Positions 13,790 through 27,031 of a stretch of DNA of 64,000 nucleotides are shown here, one piece after another. Source of the stretch: Felis catus (taxonomy: Eukaryota); NCBI RefSeq assembly GCF_018350175.1, contig NC_058368.1, positions 53,260,001 to 53,324,000 of the forward strand. The letters run 5' to 3'. The notes beneath the pieces are model-generated. The model searched no databases. It saw only the letters and a list, made by a program, of their open reading frames with translations, and had not been told where the DNA came from. A program made the translations under genes and the position numbers. Within the stretch, counting starts at the first letter, position 1. Each line of letters starts with the position of its first letter.

Positions 13790-14060
13790 CTATAATAATG
13801 GCTACTATTTTTGAGTACTTACTATGTGCCAAATTCTGATCTAAAAGCATCACATGCATTAACTCATTTAAACCTAATAACTACTCTTTTCTATGAGGAA
13901 AGTGTTAACATCTCCATTATGTAGAAGGGAAATCTGAAGGTAACTAACAACAGGTTTGTGCCCCAGGTCACACAGCTACTGAAAGTATGGGACAGGTTTC
14001 CAACCCATGCGGTTTGGTTCTAAAGCCCAAACAATTAACAACCACAGTGTTAATGCTGCC
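13790..14060 (-). mobile_element. MIR
   Basis: tttgagtacttactatgtgcca...ccccaggtcacacagcta. Confidence 0.75.
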
Positions 14061-15599
14061 TCCATAATTACAAAATCTGCAATTTAATGAGTGCGGAAGT
14101 GAAATATATAGATAAATATTAAGAAATATTTCTGAAGAGGAATTAGTACAACTTGGAAGTAAGATGAAAGTAGGCAATGGAGTAGATTTATTAATTTATT
14201 TTGTTCCTAATCTGTGTAAGGGCCTGTACTGTCATAATAAGAGAGCTCTCTGGTAATGGTTTCATTCAATCCTTCCTGGAGTGTTAAATTAATCTTGTGG
14301 TCCTTTCCACATTTTTGTTTTAGAGACATTAAAATCTCATAGTTAATACTGATCATAGGTAACTAGCCACATCTAGTTGAAATTTATACATACAGGCTCA
14401 CAGAAACTTTCATCCACAAAACAAGACATTATAATGACATAAAAATAGTGAAGTATAAACAAACAACCAGTAATAGGAATAAAGTTATTCCCCCAGCTCC
14501 GTCAAAAAAAAAAAAAAAAAGTTAAACTCTTAAATTTATCATGTATGTCTTAAAGTAGTGAGCATTTCATACCATAATCTAATTTCTTTAAACTAAAATA
14601 TGATTAAACATTGTAAAGAGATTAGTGAACATTCAAATTTTCAAGTTAGATTTAATCCCTCAGCATCTTGGGGGATTATGGTAAAGAGAACCACATTGTT
14701 TTCTTTAGGATAGGACTGTATAAAATGATATATAATCAAATATTTCTTCAATTAATCCATGTCTTATGACCTACTACAAATAAATCTCAAAGGACTACTG
14801 CAATAAACGATGTTACATCTAACTTCTGCAAACCACAAACTGTCACTGTAATGTCACATTTCACTTCAACCCAATTTCAAGACTATAACCCTCCAATTCT
14901 CAAAGGTAATTTAAACTGTACTCAACTTTAAAAGGTTTCAACTTCAGTTAATGCCATCTTCATTGTTGCTTGGACATTACATACCTAAAATATTAGGGAC
15001 AAATTAATGTAGTAAAGCAACCAGAGGTTCTGTTATCAACAAAAGAGACATTTTTCTCGTGTGACTCCCGGAAAACGAGTTTTTTTCACTTTATAGACAC
15101 ACCATTTGTATTGTTTTCATAGGCATCAAGAAATGATCAACCTAACACCTATAAAAAGAGACTAGTTAAAGCCTCTGCATAATGAACACTGAAGCAAACC
15201 ATATATATTACACATACAAATTTTCAAAACACTTCTATCACATACCATTTAAAAGGAGCTCATGTGATTAAGTGTTGTAAGCCAAGGAATTTTATCCATT
15301 GTTTCTAATACTGTTTCAAATGGAATCATTTGAAACCTTGATTAAAAATGTATACTGGCATGTCAGGTAAAGTATTAGGGAATAGAAATGTGCTTTTTAA
15401 GACCCATGATACAATTTTTTGTTATTGGAGGAACAGAAAGTAAGAAACAAAATACCAACGTAGGTTTCAAAATAGCAAAGCTTGCCACAGCACCCATCCT
15501 CAATTTTCTCCTACCAGAGGTTATATAAAGAAATAAAATTATCAAATGGAAGAGCATACCGAGGCATACAGCAGCATTGTAAAAATCAATTTAAGAAGT

Positions 15600-16150
15600 A
15601 CAGCTGCAGTTGTCTTTCCTGGGTTTTTAATTATGTGTTTGTTTGCCATGGTGGCCTAATTTAGTCAAGAAGATGAGCCAACATTAAAAGCTGGTAGGAG
15701 AGGTAAGTAATCCCCAGGGTGGGCTGCTTGTGCTCAAGAGTTTAAAAGCTACATATACAGAGGCAGAAGCCAAGGCACATTTGAGAAGGGGGTCCACATG
15801 ACAAACAGTGAAAGGCGAGCAAATCAAATTTTTCACAATTAGTTGAACAACAACTGTGACAGGTTTAGCGCTTAGCATTTTCATTTGTGTGCTCAAATTT
15901 GGTTATCTGTCCTCTTTTATGCAAATGCGATGTGACAGGAGAAGCTGGGAGCAGTGGAGCAGGCCAATCACTCACAACAGGGGCGAGGGGCTGCTCAGCT
16001 GAGAGGCCGGGATTAAATGGACTGAATGCTGATGGATAAATGACAGGAGCGGAGCTGAAAGCCTCATGAACTGATTTAAAACTTCTAAGGGAGGATGCCA
16101 AGAATATAATTATGCTTTATGCCCCAGCCTAAACTGTCAAAAATAAAAAG
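15600..16150. promoter_or_regulatory. Candidate enhancer (octamer, PBX-HOX and MEIS motifs)
   Basis: ATGCAAAT 15919-15926; TGATGGAT 16030-16037; TGACAG at 15857, 15933 and 16041; CCAAT 15964; no repeat recognised. Confidence 0.45.
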
Positions 16151-16783
16151 ATAAAAGAAGAATATAAATTGTACCAAATGAATATTATCAGCATTCATAA
16201 TTTAACTAAACCCAACATGTTTATCCTACCCTGGAAAATAGATAAGATTGGAAAGCTGTGCTTTTCTACCACAGGCGTTGGGACTGAAGCAAAGTTTAAA
16301 AAATTTAAAAGCGGAGCACGGTGGAAGGAAATCCATGTCGCAGCCCTCTCCTTAAAGGGCTTCCATCTCCAGCAGCGCAGAGGCCCTCTCTGCAAAGGGG
16401 GTACAGTCAGTTCACCTTCCACTGTCTCTCTGCAAAGAGATGGAGGTTCAGGGTGGCACCTCCTTCATGCCTGGAGCCTCAGAGCACAGTCACCAGCACC
16501 TAGGAGATCCTGAGTGACATTTCCATGAGGTTGTAGGCTGTCTGCATTCTGCCCAACCAGCACTAACAGTCCACAATTCTATCAAGCCAGAAGGGTTGGA
16601 AAACACTAGAGCTTATTGCCTCATTTGCTTCATGTAGGTCTTACAATTTTATTGTCTCTACAAGTTCCTAATAGAATGTTCTATAACACTAAATTTCTCA
16701 GAAGGTAGATTCTCCTATCTGAAAACAGGGGTATGAACTATCATCCTCGGTTTCTTTCAGCATCTGACTACAATTTCTCTATT

Positions 16784-17004
16784 TTTTTTTTAATTTTTTT
16801 TTTAACGTTTATTTATTTTTGAGACAGAGAGAGACAGAGCATGAATGGGGGAGGGTCAGAGAGAGGGAGACACAGAATCTGAAACAGGCTCCAGGCTCTG
16901 AGCTGTCAGCACAGAGCCCGACGCGGGGCTCGAACTCACGGACCGCGAGATCGTGACCTGAGCTGAAGTCGGACGCTTAACCGACTGAGCCACCCAGGCG
17001 CCCC
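16784..17004 (-). mobile_element. Feline CAN-SINE
   Basis: TSD TACAATTTCTCTATT (16769-16783, 17005-17019). Confidence 0.95.
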
Positions 17005-17027
17005 TACAATTTCTCTATTATCACTTC

Positions 17028-17031
<4 letters not shown>

Positions 17032-17073
<42 letters not shown>
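17032..17073. repeat. (CA)n microsatellite
   Basis: About 21 perfect units. Confidence 0.95.
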
Positions 17074-17074
<1 letters not shown>

Positions 17075-17659
17075 CCCTTTCTGGGAAGACATCAATGATA
17101 TAAGACAAAAAGACAGAAAAACCCATGGTTGTGTACTCTGTGGATAAATACATACATGAAGGGAAAATATAATCTTAAATTCTCTTCATCAAACAGAAGA
17201 ATACCAAGCAATACGATACGACAGGAAGAGACACAGAAAGTAAAGATGGTAACAAAGGCAATCGTGTTTAAATGAGCTACATAATAAATACTCATACTGA
17301 AGAAAATAAATACATAAATTTAAAACATAATTTGTCCCAATCAATTGATGCTATTAGCTAATAGACATTATTTTTACTTTGTAAGAAACTTATTTCTTTG
17401 TAAGAAACATATTTTGTTACCTCGGTCTACCTCTTAAAGTTCATCACGGTTTACCACAAAATTAACTACTGTAGAGAATGTCACAAAATTCGGAAAATAT
17501 TAATTGCTATACATAACGTATTTAACAAAAACAACAGAATAAAAATACCAATTCTTGTGCAAAAGACTTGACCTTAATATGCTCCTAAGTAAGAAATAAT
17601 TAAGCCTATCTTTGCAAGACTAGAATAATATAAATAAAACATTCACTACTAAACTAACC

Positions 17660-18250
17660 TCTTAATATTTTTTATGAATGTAAAAATATGTATGCAGAAA
17701 AGCATTCAAATCATATACATCGATGACATTTTACAGAGTAAATACACCTGTAGCCACCATCAAGATCAAGAAATAGAGCATTACCAGCACTGCAGAAACC
17801 CTTGATATGCTCCTTCTCAGCCACTAACCCTTCAAATGTAACCACTCTTTTGAATTCCGTCAGCACAAATCTCTTTTCTGTTTTTGAAATTCATACAGAT
17901 CAAACAATACAAAATCTACTCTTCTGGTCTGACCTCATTTTTAGGAAGGTGGGAATGTACGACTTCTTTACGCAGTATTATATCTGGGACATTTATCCAT
18001 GTTGTTGTGGAAGGGCAGTTTATACTTTTTCATTGCATAATATTCCATTGGATATACAGAATATTCTACTCTGACAAACACTTGGTTTGTTGCTGAACAT
18101 TCCTGTACATTCACTTTGGGACATATATATTTTCATTTCCATGGAGTACATATTTAGGACTAGGATTGCTGGGTCATTGCCTCTGCATGTATATTTTAAT
18201 ATGAATACATGGCTTTAGTAGATCTGGCCTAATAACTTTCTAAAGGAGAA
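17660..18250 (-). mobile_element. Old L1 (L1ME-like) 3' fragment
   Basis: Typical antisense L1M phrases (accaccatcaagatcaagaaatagagcatt; ggattgctgggtca). Confidence 0.7.
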
Positions 18251-19719
18251 CAAACACTTTTTATATAGTAGGGAAATCTCACCATGCCCTGTGAAATTTT
18301 CTTTTAGGTTACAAAAAAATTACCAAGAAAAAAATTAACCAAAATCAAATACACATGCCACAGACACAATTCTCAGCCGGAAAATAATGCACCTAAATTG
18401 AAACCTGGATTGATTTCTCTTAGCTCTGCTGATAGTATTTATGCCTCACCAGGAGAAGAAAGGAGTGGTAGTCACGGCTGGCGACTTGGACGCAGGCTGC
18501 TTAGAGCTCACTGAATGAACTAGAAAATGATCAGTTTGTGGCAGATACAGGACCCACACTATGTTATTCAGAACATGAGCCACATTTTTATTCATCTAAC
18601 AGATCTGGGTTTATCCTTTTAGAACAACAAAAGGCCTGTTGTTTGATTTATAAATGTGTTTTTTCAGTGGGTAAACAGACAGAGCCCCCGCTGTTCAGTC
18701 TCATGGCCAGTCTCATACAGGTGAGGGCTTGGACGACACTGTAAGTCAATCACGATACTAATGAGGCTCCTCTGCTGCTGAAATGGGGCCACACAGCTTA
18801 AGAAGCAAATCCAACTCCTAACGCTATCTACCAGGCATGCCAAGACATGGTCACAACTGAAAACATCAGCAACCTCCAAACAACATTCAAGTTTATATCA
18901 GCAAATTTACAGTCTGGATCACACTCACTTCTTCCCAAGCTTTCCATAGCTCACAAGGAGGAGGAGCTGCGATCTGGATCTGTTCCCTCCAAGAAGGCCC
19001 TTCATCTGAGACTTTGCCCCACTTTCTCCCCAGAAGCAGTCGTGGTCTGTGGTGTTTTTTTCTATTGGAGTGGAGGGTAGTTCGCACACATTGGAAATGA
19101 AATCTTTACCCACTATACGCGATCAGCTTATCTTCCCCTGGGTTCCACATCACCTTTCTTCTGGCAGCTGACTCCTCTTGTTCACCTGACCAAGTGATCT
19201 TGATTGTCATTCTCATAACTTCATATTTAACCTCACTGCCATTCCCCAGCACAGGATACTATTTATGTCTCTATTTTCCTAGAGAAGCTAGGTCCTTTCC
19301 TGGGATGTCCTTGATTTCAGGCCACCCCTTTCCAAATCCACACACAAATTCCTTCATGAACCCCTCCAATCCCCAACCCCCTTCCCAGTCAGCGTGCCCT
19401 CTTCCATTCTCTCTGAATGTCCAGTCTTGATTAGCATGGTTATGTCATCTCTGCCACCAGGTTGTTTCCTGGTGTTATCACCAAGAGATATTTAAACTTC
19501 CATCTGAAATGCCTCATCCTTCCTCTCCCAGGCAGTTCAAATTATGTTTCCACCATTTGACTCAAGTTTCTTAAACAAACATCAGAATTCTCATTAACTA
19601 TTATATTTCATTTTTTTACGCTCTACCTCAACCAAAACAATATGAAAAATATAAATAATTTGTGGGGAGAAATTATTTTTCAAAAGTGCCAGCATACCTA
19701 AACTATCCTTCTCCACCAG

Positions 19720-20040
19720 ACACATTTTTATTCATCCGTTAACACTCAGCTCAGATGTCATCTCTGTAGAACCTGCAGCAACTCCTTGAGACAAAGTTAG
19801 TCATTTCATTTTTTGAGATTCATAAGACCATTGCAGCATTTAGCATGTTGTATTGGAATTATACCTGCTAGGATATATGCCATCTCCACTGGGCCATGAA
19901 CTCCACAAGAGCAAGGGCTGTGTCTGTTCATCTTTCTATCCTCCATTTCAGTTCCATTCAGCAAATATTCAGCACGCAGCACTGTGTCAATTTCAAAGTT
20001 GGTACTTAATAAATATTTCATGAGAGAATGGAAGAGTGAA
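19720..20040 (+). mobile_element. L2 3' end
   Basis: gagcaagggctgtgtctgttc...taataaatatt. Confidence 0.6.
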
Positions 20041-20274
20041 GGGAGATAAATTTACATTCTTTTAAAACTCTTTCAAAAAAGTTCTGTCAGAACCTTCCTT
20101 TTTCATTCTCATATCCAAAAGGAAAAAGTGTGTTCTTACAAAATCCATATTTAGATCAGGGAAACTTGAGGTTTGTTTTTCCAAGTTTATTTTATGTTTA
20201 CAAACGTAAATTTACGTGATGAATAACTTGAATTATATGGCATTGCACAAGTGGCCTTGGAGGTAACCTAGTCT

Positions 20275-20470
20275 AGGGAGACAGCTAATATATGACACTC
20301 TCAGTGCTGCTCTCCACCTCCTGCACCCATAGCAGACAGCACTAATCGATCATGGCATTCCTTCTCATTAAGCCCAGACTCAGCCTTAGAATTCGCCACT
20401 CAGCACTTAACAAACAGGCTGCTCTCTAGAGTTAGTGGTCACGATGAATCCTGCTTGTCACTCTTGGTCT
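20275..20470. mobile_element. hAT-Charlie MER102-like element nested in a MIR
   Basis: gcagacagcactaatcgatcatggca phrase; MIR-like sequence on both sides. Confidence 0.55.
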
Positions 20471-20842
20471 ATTCTCTCTTATTACAGATAAGCAGAGTCC
20501 CAGAGAGGTTAAATGGCTTTGCCCAGGTCATAGAGCTAATTAGAAGTAGAGGCTGAACCAAACCCTTATCACCTAAGACCCTTTCCACTAGAACACACTT
20601 TTTATTTCTATACTTGATTAATAGGAGTGAATACTTCATAGAAAATGTTAGTTTTGTTTATTATATGTACATATGTGTTATATACTAGATTATATGTTAT
20701 AGATAATGGTTTAGAGCCTTCGCTTGCTATCTCTCAACCAATTGTGTCAGCGGACCAATGTATCATAAAGAACTCATTGGTATGTCATACCAATCCAATC
20801 TTCCCTTAAAGCTATGGAGGCATACTTTTTAAAAAACTAACA

Positions 20843-21066
20843 GGGGCGCCTGGGTGGCGCAGTCGGTTAAGCGTCCGACTTCAGCCAGGTCACGATCTCA
20901 CGGTCTGTGAGTTCGAGCCCCGCGTCGGGCTCTGGGCTGATGGCTCAGAGCCTGGAGCCTGTTTCCGATTCTGTGTCTCCCTCTCTCTCTGCCCCTCCCC
21001 CGTTCATGCTCTGTCTCTCTCTGTCCCAAAAATAAATAAACGTTGAAAAAAAAATTAAAAAAAAAA
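20843..21066 (+). mobile_element. Feline CAN-SINE, young
   Basis: Intact head with A/B-box-like motifs; TSD AAAAAACTAACA. Confidence 0.95.
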
Positions 21067-21243
21067 AAAAAACTAACAATAGCTTAGTCCAGCTCTCTGG
21101 AACAAACACTATTTTTTTTTTTTTTTAATCAAAAGTGAAGTGCCTCTAAAAGTTTGCCATAAAAAGTTGTAAAACACAAAAGGATGTGATGAAAAAGAAG
21201 CACTGGTCAGTTTAACTGTTTGGTATCTTTCTTAGAGCTTCTT

Positions 21244-21451
21244 TTCAAAAAAGATTGATTGATTGATTTTGAGAGCGAGCAAGTGAGCGAGCAGGGGAGG
21301 TGCAGAGAGAGAAGGAGAGAGAGAATCCCAAGCAGGCTTCATACTGTCAGCAGAGAGCCCAATGCGGGGCTCGAACCCACAAACCATGAGATCATTACCT
21401 GAGCTGAAACCAAGAATCAGTGCTTAACTGACTGAGCCACCCAGGCACCCC
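21244..21451 (-). mobile_element. Older CAN-SINE
   Basis: Diverged SINEC body; degenerate TSD ending AGCTTCTT. Confidence 0.9.
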
Positions 21452-22533
21452 TCCTTTTTATAGCTTCTTATCATGTCAAAGACATATTTGAAATTAGAAT
21501 ATAAGCAAGAGTTATCACCTATGTTAGTGTTTCAGTTGGTTGTTCAATTAGTAACTTTAAACTTTCTCTTCACATTTTCCTCTTCCATTCCAGTGTCACT
21601 GCCACCAGTACAAGTGGGGTCAAGTAGGAGTCCAAAACTTCTTATTAGTATTTTTTTAAGCTGCTCAAATGCTGTAGTTATCTATCTTTATCATACATAA
21701 ATGCTGATTATGTGTAAAAGAATGTATGTAAAAGAAAACCAAAAATATATTAAGAAGTAAGTGTAAGCCATTGTTTTCTTTTCCAGAGTATAAGCTTCAA
21801 ATTCTCCAAAGGGGTAGACTTGTTTCTTCCCAGTGGGCCAGCAGGGGTATAAGAAAGAAACCGAGAAAGTTGAAATAAATTAAAATCTCAGATTCCTTAG
21901 CCTCTTTTTCTTTGAGTAGCAAAGTGAAAAGTACTCTCAAAGAATCAACACCCAGGATACCTCATTACCAGAAGTAGAGAGGCAAATAAGAAAGAGAGTA
22001 AAGAAAAAGCAACCCCACAGCCCAAGAATAGATGAAAGAAGACAAGCTAAGTTCTTAGACATGGAATCACACAAAGGTTAGCCATTTGAGGAAAAATGAA
22101 ATAAACCATTAGCAAATAACAATGATAGCTTTTTGCGGGGGGGGGGGGGGGGGTAAGTATCTGACTTTTATGGACCAAGAAAAAGTGCTTATAACTGACC
22201 CCTGATTGATATTTGGGCAACATTATTTCAATGCATGACTTACAGGTGTAGCAGACTTATGACAGTGGCCCTGTAGAAATTCTTCTTCAAAGATCTGAGG
22301 TAGCAAAGGAAAGCATCAACAATCCTATTTTTGCAACAATACCTAGGAGAAATTGTGATGGCAATTGTTACAGTTATTTACCTACTGCTTCTCAGACCCA
22401 GTCGGACCCTTCTATATTTGGCTTTAACTGTGTGTCTCCAAACTACATTTGCCAGACTAACTGCCAATAAGAGGCACTGCTGGAAGACTTACAGGGAGAA
22501 GAAGGGGAGAAGAGACGCTCCCATTTCAGTCTT

Positions 22534-22670
22534 TTTTTTTAATGTTTATTTATTTTGAGGGGGGGCTGGGAGACACAGAATTTGATGCAGGGCTTGAACT
22601 CACAAACCACGAGATCATGACCTGAGCCGAAATCAGCCACTTAACCGACTGAGCCACCCAGGCACCTCCC
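22534..22670 (-). mobile_element. CAN-SINE with internal deletion
   Basis: Head and tail present but only about 140 bp; TTCAGTCTT on both sides. Confidence 0.85.
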
Positions 22671-22869
22671 CCCCCAACTTCAGTCTTATGTGCATCCTTC
22701 CAGCATCTTTTTCAGCTGCGTGTGATCCCCTTAGAAGTCCAAACACCAGCTATGAGTCAGTCCTCTTCCATGACAGCTATCTGTTCCCTTCTATTCTTTG
22801 CTGTTGAAAGAACAATGACTGCCTCCATTACTTTTACGCTGTTGTAACTAACACTCCATTACCTATTTT

Positions 22870-23190
22870 TGTAAACTGTAACATGAAATTTATCACTGGG
22901 AGACAAGAAGGCAACATGCTATATATGCATGAACTGAATAAAAGATGCACAGTGACCAATCACAGACAGACTTAGAAAGAAGCAATGTGATCGTTTACTG
23001 ATCATGATGCACATCTCTTATTTACGCAGTCATTTGTGGAGATAGTGATGAAGTTAGTACTTTAAACACTCACAGTTAATACACTATGGTAACTGATTGT
23101 GAATCGTAGTGTGTGGGACTGGTGTTATTAAAACTGTGGTAAGTAAAATTCATGTACATTGGGGTATTCTAGAGCAAAGACTGCCTGTAG
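22870..23190. mobile_element. Tigger-like DNA transposon fragment
   Basis: Ends gcaaagactgcctg|ta, a Tigger-type terminus with TA. Confidence 0.5.
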
Positions 23191-23216
23191 TTATTTGTAT
23201 TAAGACTCAACTATTT

Positions 23217-23428
23217 GGGGGCTCCTGAATGGCTCAGTTGGTTAAGTGTCTGACGTCAGCTCACGTCATGATCTCATTGTTCTTGAGTTCCAGCCCTGCA
23301 TAGGGCTCTATGCTGACAGCTCAGAGCCTGGAGCCTGCTCCAGATTCTGTATTTCCCTCTCTCTCTGCCTCTCCCCTGTTCGCACTCTCTCTCTCAAAAA
23401 TAAACAAACATTAAAAAGTTTTTTTAAA
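23217..23428 (+). mobile_element. CAN-SINE
   Basis: Diverged head, (CT)n, AATAAAC A-tail. Confidence 0.9.
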
Positions 23429-23599
23429 AGACAAGTATTTGAGGGTTCATAACTTAATTTCTTTTGAATCATAATTTATCCATTTCAACAAATGTACCTC
23501 CAAACAGCCCTGACTAACCTTTACTTTTGAAGCAAATTCATGGAAAATTTTCAAACGAGGGTTATCCATTTCCTCCTATTCTTTATTCCCTTATTCTAT

Positions 23600-24235
23600 T
23601 GACACCTTTCCTAGAGTTCACACACTAGACATGAGTCATGGTGGCTCATGCCCATTGGCCTATTTTCACTGTGGGATGCTCTACTCAGCAGACTTTTGTT
23701 AAGCACAGCCAACGATTACATGAGAGTGGGTACCTGATACACACATAGATTATAGTTGTCTGGGACAAAGTTTGAGTCACTGTTTACAATTCTCCATAAT
23801 TTCCTGTTTTAGAATTTTACACCCATGCTCTTTCCCATGAGACATTGCTTTATTAGAGTAAGAAGAGTATATTTTTACCATATTGGTGGCTTTGGCTGTG
23901 CCTTGCTTGAGCTGATGCAATATGGGTAGATGTGACAATGTACCAGACTGATGTCTCAAGAAGCATGACTTATTCGATTATCTACCATGAGAAGAGAATG
24001 CCCCAGAATGAACATATATGAAACATAACTGAAGCCAACCTGTAGCCTCAAGCAAACCTTCTCAGTTGACTCCAGTTCTAGATCAGCTGAATCACTGTCA
24101 ACCTATAGACATGCAGAAGAATAAAGCCTTATTGTAAGCTACTGGGTTTTTTGGATGTTTTCCTACACATCTGTAGTTTTTTTTTTTTGTTTGTTGTTAT
24201 TGTTGCTGTTGTTTTTGCAATAGTTGATTGATGTA
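23600..24235 (+). mobile_element. MLT1-like (ERVL-MaLR) LTR
   Basis: aataaagccttattgtaagctactgggtttttt...gcaatagttgattga terminus. Confidence 0.55.
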
Positions 24236-25305
24236 GGACAACAGAGTGCATTTAGCCAATTAGAAAATCCCTCCAAAAATGTACATTGGAAAATACAGAA
24301 AAGAGTTTTTAGCTAGTGGAAGGATCAGAATGGAGTAGAGACACAGAAAAGGATGAGATATTATGGAAAAAGAGGCACAGAGTAATGTTACCAACCTTGA
24401 CTAATTTTGGAATTCCAGGCCATATATACCTCTGAAGCCAGTTTTCTCCAAGACATTGAGCCCACAAGAGGTACCTGAAGCAGCCTGAGTTCTCTGCAAC
24501 ACAAAGAGTTCAACTCTCACTATTCCACAGCTTCCAAGCCTCCTAAGATCAGGGCTTCAGAGTATATTAGAAGCAGATGGAGGGGAGAAAGAGAAATGAT
24601 GAGACTTTCCATAGCATTCTCTATATCTAAAGCAGACCAGGTCTGAGGGCAAATCCAATTCATCCTTCTGAATAAGGCACTGGGAGTAGATGGTAGAACT
24701 AGCCTGCATCCATTTTCCTTATAATTATGTGGGCCTTTCCTTTTCCCTAAGACATGGAGCCCATAGGAAGTATTTTCTATTCTCTGAGCCTTTCAGATAA
24801 GTAAAAATCCATTAAGCCATTACCATATTCCAAGAAAATCCTTAATCCACATAATTTCGTCAGATTTTCTCAATAGTTCAGTGAGAAGGTGGTATTTTTT
24901 TTACTTCCATTTACATATGAGGAGACTGAGATGGACACTGTAAATTAGTTGCTTGAGGTCACATAGTGACTAAACCCCAGGTGTTCCACCTCCATTCTCC
25001 AGTCATCTTATACCGGTTGTTTTTAGGAAGTAGTGGCAGGAACCAAAGTACCAACTCTTGCCCTGGAAAGATTTTCATTACCCTAATCATCAAGATACAG
25101 TCCTTGAAAGAAGCAAACAGTTCAGGGGGTGGGAGGGAATCTTCTTCTTTTCCTCACAGCAAGCATAAACAAACACATCTTTCCCTTACACTGGGTGTTT
25201 TTATTCTGGCACTAGGCCTTGTTATTCTGTTTTCCTTCCCTGGGATTCTCCCCCTCCTCAATAGTCCTTCCTACACCTTTTTTATTTTATAATTTCCCTT
25301 CTTCT

Positions 25306-25517
25306 GAGTGGCCTGAATGGCTCAGTTGCTTGAACACTGGACTCCTGATTTAGGCTGAGGTCATGATCCCAGCTTCATGGGATCGAGCCCCACTTCGGGT
25401 TCCATGCTGAGTGTGGAGCCTGCTCAAGATTTTCTTTTCCTCTGCCTTTGCCCCTCTCCCCTACTTGTGTTCTCTCTCTCTCTCTTTCTCTCTCTAAAAA
25501 AAATTAAATAAATAAAA
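25306..25517 (+). mobile_element. Older CAN-SINE
   Basis: TSD TATAATTTCCCTTCT (25288-25302, 25518-25532). Confidence 0.88.
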
Positions 25518-26906
25518 TATAATTTCCCTTCTCCCTTTCCCCAGAAAAATCCAGGGTAGCCTAATCCATTTATTTTACAAACATTTGGGTGCTTATTACT
25601 ATCAGCAAGTTACTTACATTTTGTAATGGACAATTACAATATTCCAGCAATGTTAAGATTTCTAGGGATTGGGTGAAAACAGTAATCCACATATCCTAAC
25701 ACCTCACAGCTGCCTCAGTTCTGAGCAAAAGAACTTTCTATCAAAACTGACTTGAAACACAGAATTCCATTAGTTCCATGCATTTCTTTCTGCCGTATCA
25801 CACTTGGGCAGTCCTCAAATGATGGGGCTGTGATGACCATGTTCTCGTGTGCTCTGTCACTCTTCTCACAACTCATTCTGCCATCCTTTCCACCGTGCAC
25901 CCTGAAATGTCTATCAGTTACAAATTCTCTTACATTCTTCCCTCCTTCCCATTGACTCTCTTCCTTCAGTCTGTAAAATATAGACCTTTCCTTTCCTTTA
26001 CCCAGCAAAGTCTTCAAGCTACCATGCTAAATTTTGCCTTCCATTCTGAATTTCCTACATTCATTCTCTGCCAAACATCAGTCTGACTTCTCCTTCCATG
26101 AAACTGCCCATGGCCTTTTGAATTGGCAAATCCACGGGTCCTTGCTGTTCTGATCTTACGTCTTATTTTATCAAGCCCCCATTTGTGATGTCCTCGTCTT
26201 CATTGGCTTTTGTGACATCCTTTCAATTAGGTCTTCTTTTTTTTCCTAGCAACTCATTTTCATCTACTCCTCTGGCCCTTGCACATATTGGGGTTTACCA
26301 TCCCTAGTTTTCCTGCTTTGCATGCTACATGTCCTAACTGGGAAATCTCATTCATATAGTGTCTCTGGTTCTTAGGCTTGTATCTCCGTCCCAGACTTCT
26401 CTCCTATACTTTGGATAGCAGACATCTGCCTACAGGATATTTCTGTCTTGATATCCCATGAGGCCCTGAAGCTCAACATGTCAGACATGAATTCAACTCC
26501 TTTTCTTGTTCTACAAACTTTCTCCCAATCCCACAGGCCCAACTCAGGGTATGACACAGCCAAACTTTGTTGCTCAGCCTAGAATCCAGGAGTCTCCCTG
26601 CCCCTATTATGCCCAGTGTCTCCCTTGCTTCCAGTACATCCTCCTCATCACTGTAAAAAATGAACTGCAAATATAATCACTTCACATTCCTCTGCCTTCA
26701 TCTCTGTCTTCCACTCCATCCCCTTCTTTCTTCTAAACTTTCAAACCTTTCCATGCCTCCCCGACACCTTAGCATGATGAAATTCAATGTTCTTACCATG
26801 CTCTGAACCATGTTTCTTTCCAGACTCTTTCTATTCTAGCTTCCATTTCTTTTAAAACCCTTTACATTCCAATTGCTTCATGCTCCTGGCCACTTCTCTC
26901 AGTACT

Positions 26907-27031
26907 TTTCTTTTTTTTAATTTTTAAATGTTTATTTTTTGAGACGGAGAGAGAGCACAAGCGGGGGAGGGGCAGAGAGAGAGGGAGACACAAAATCTGA
27001 AGCAGGCTCTAGGCTCCAAGTTGTCAGCACA
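26907..27031 (-). mobile_element. Truncated CAN-SINE (3' half only)
   Basis: Tail and (GA) region present; ends at ...TGTCAGCAC; no TSD seen. Confidence 0.85.
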
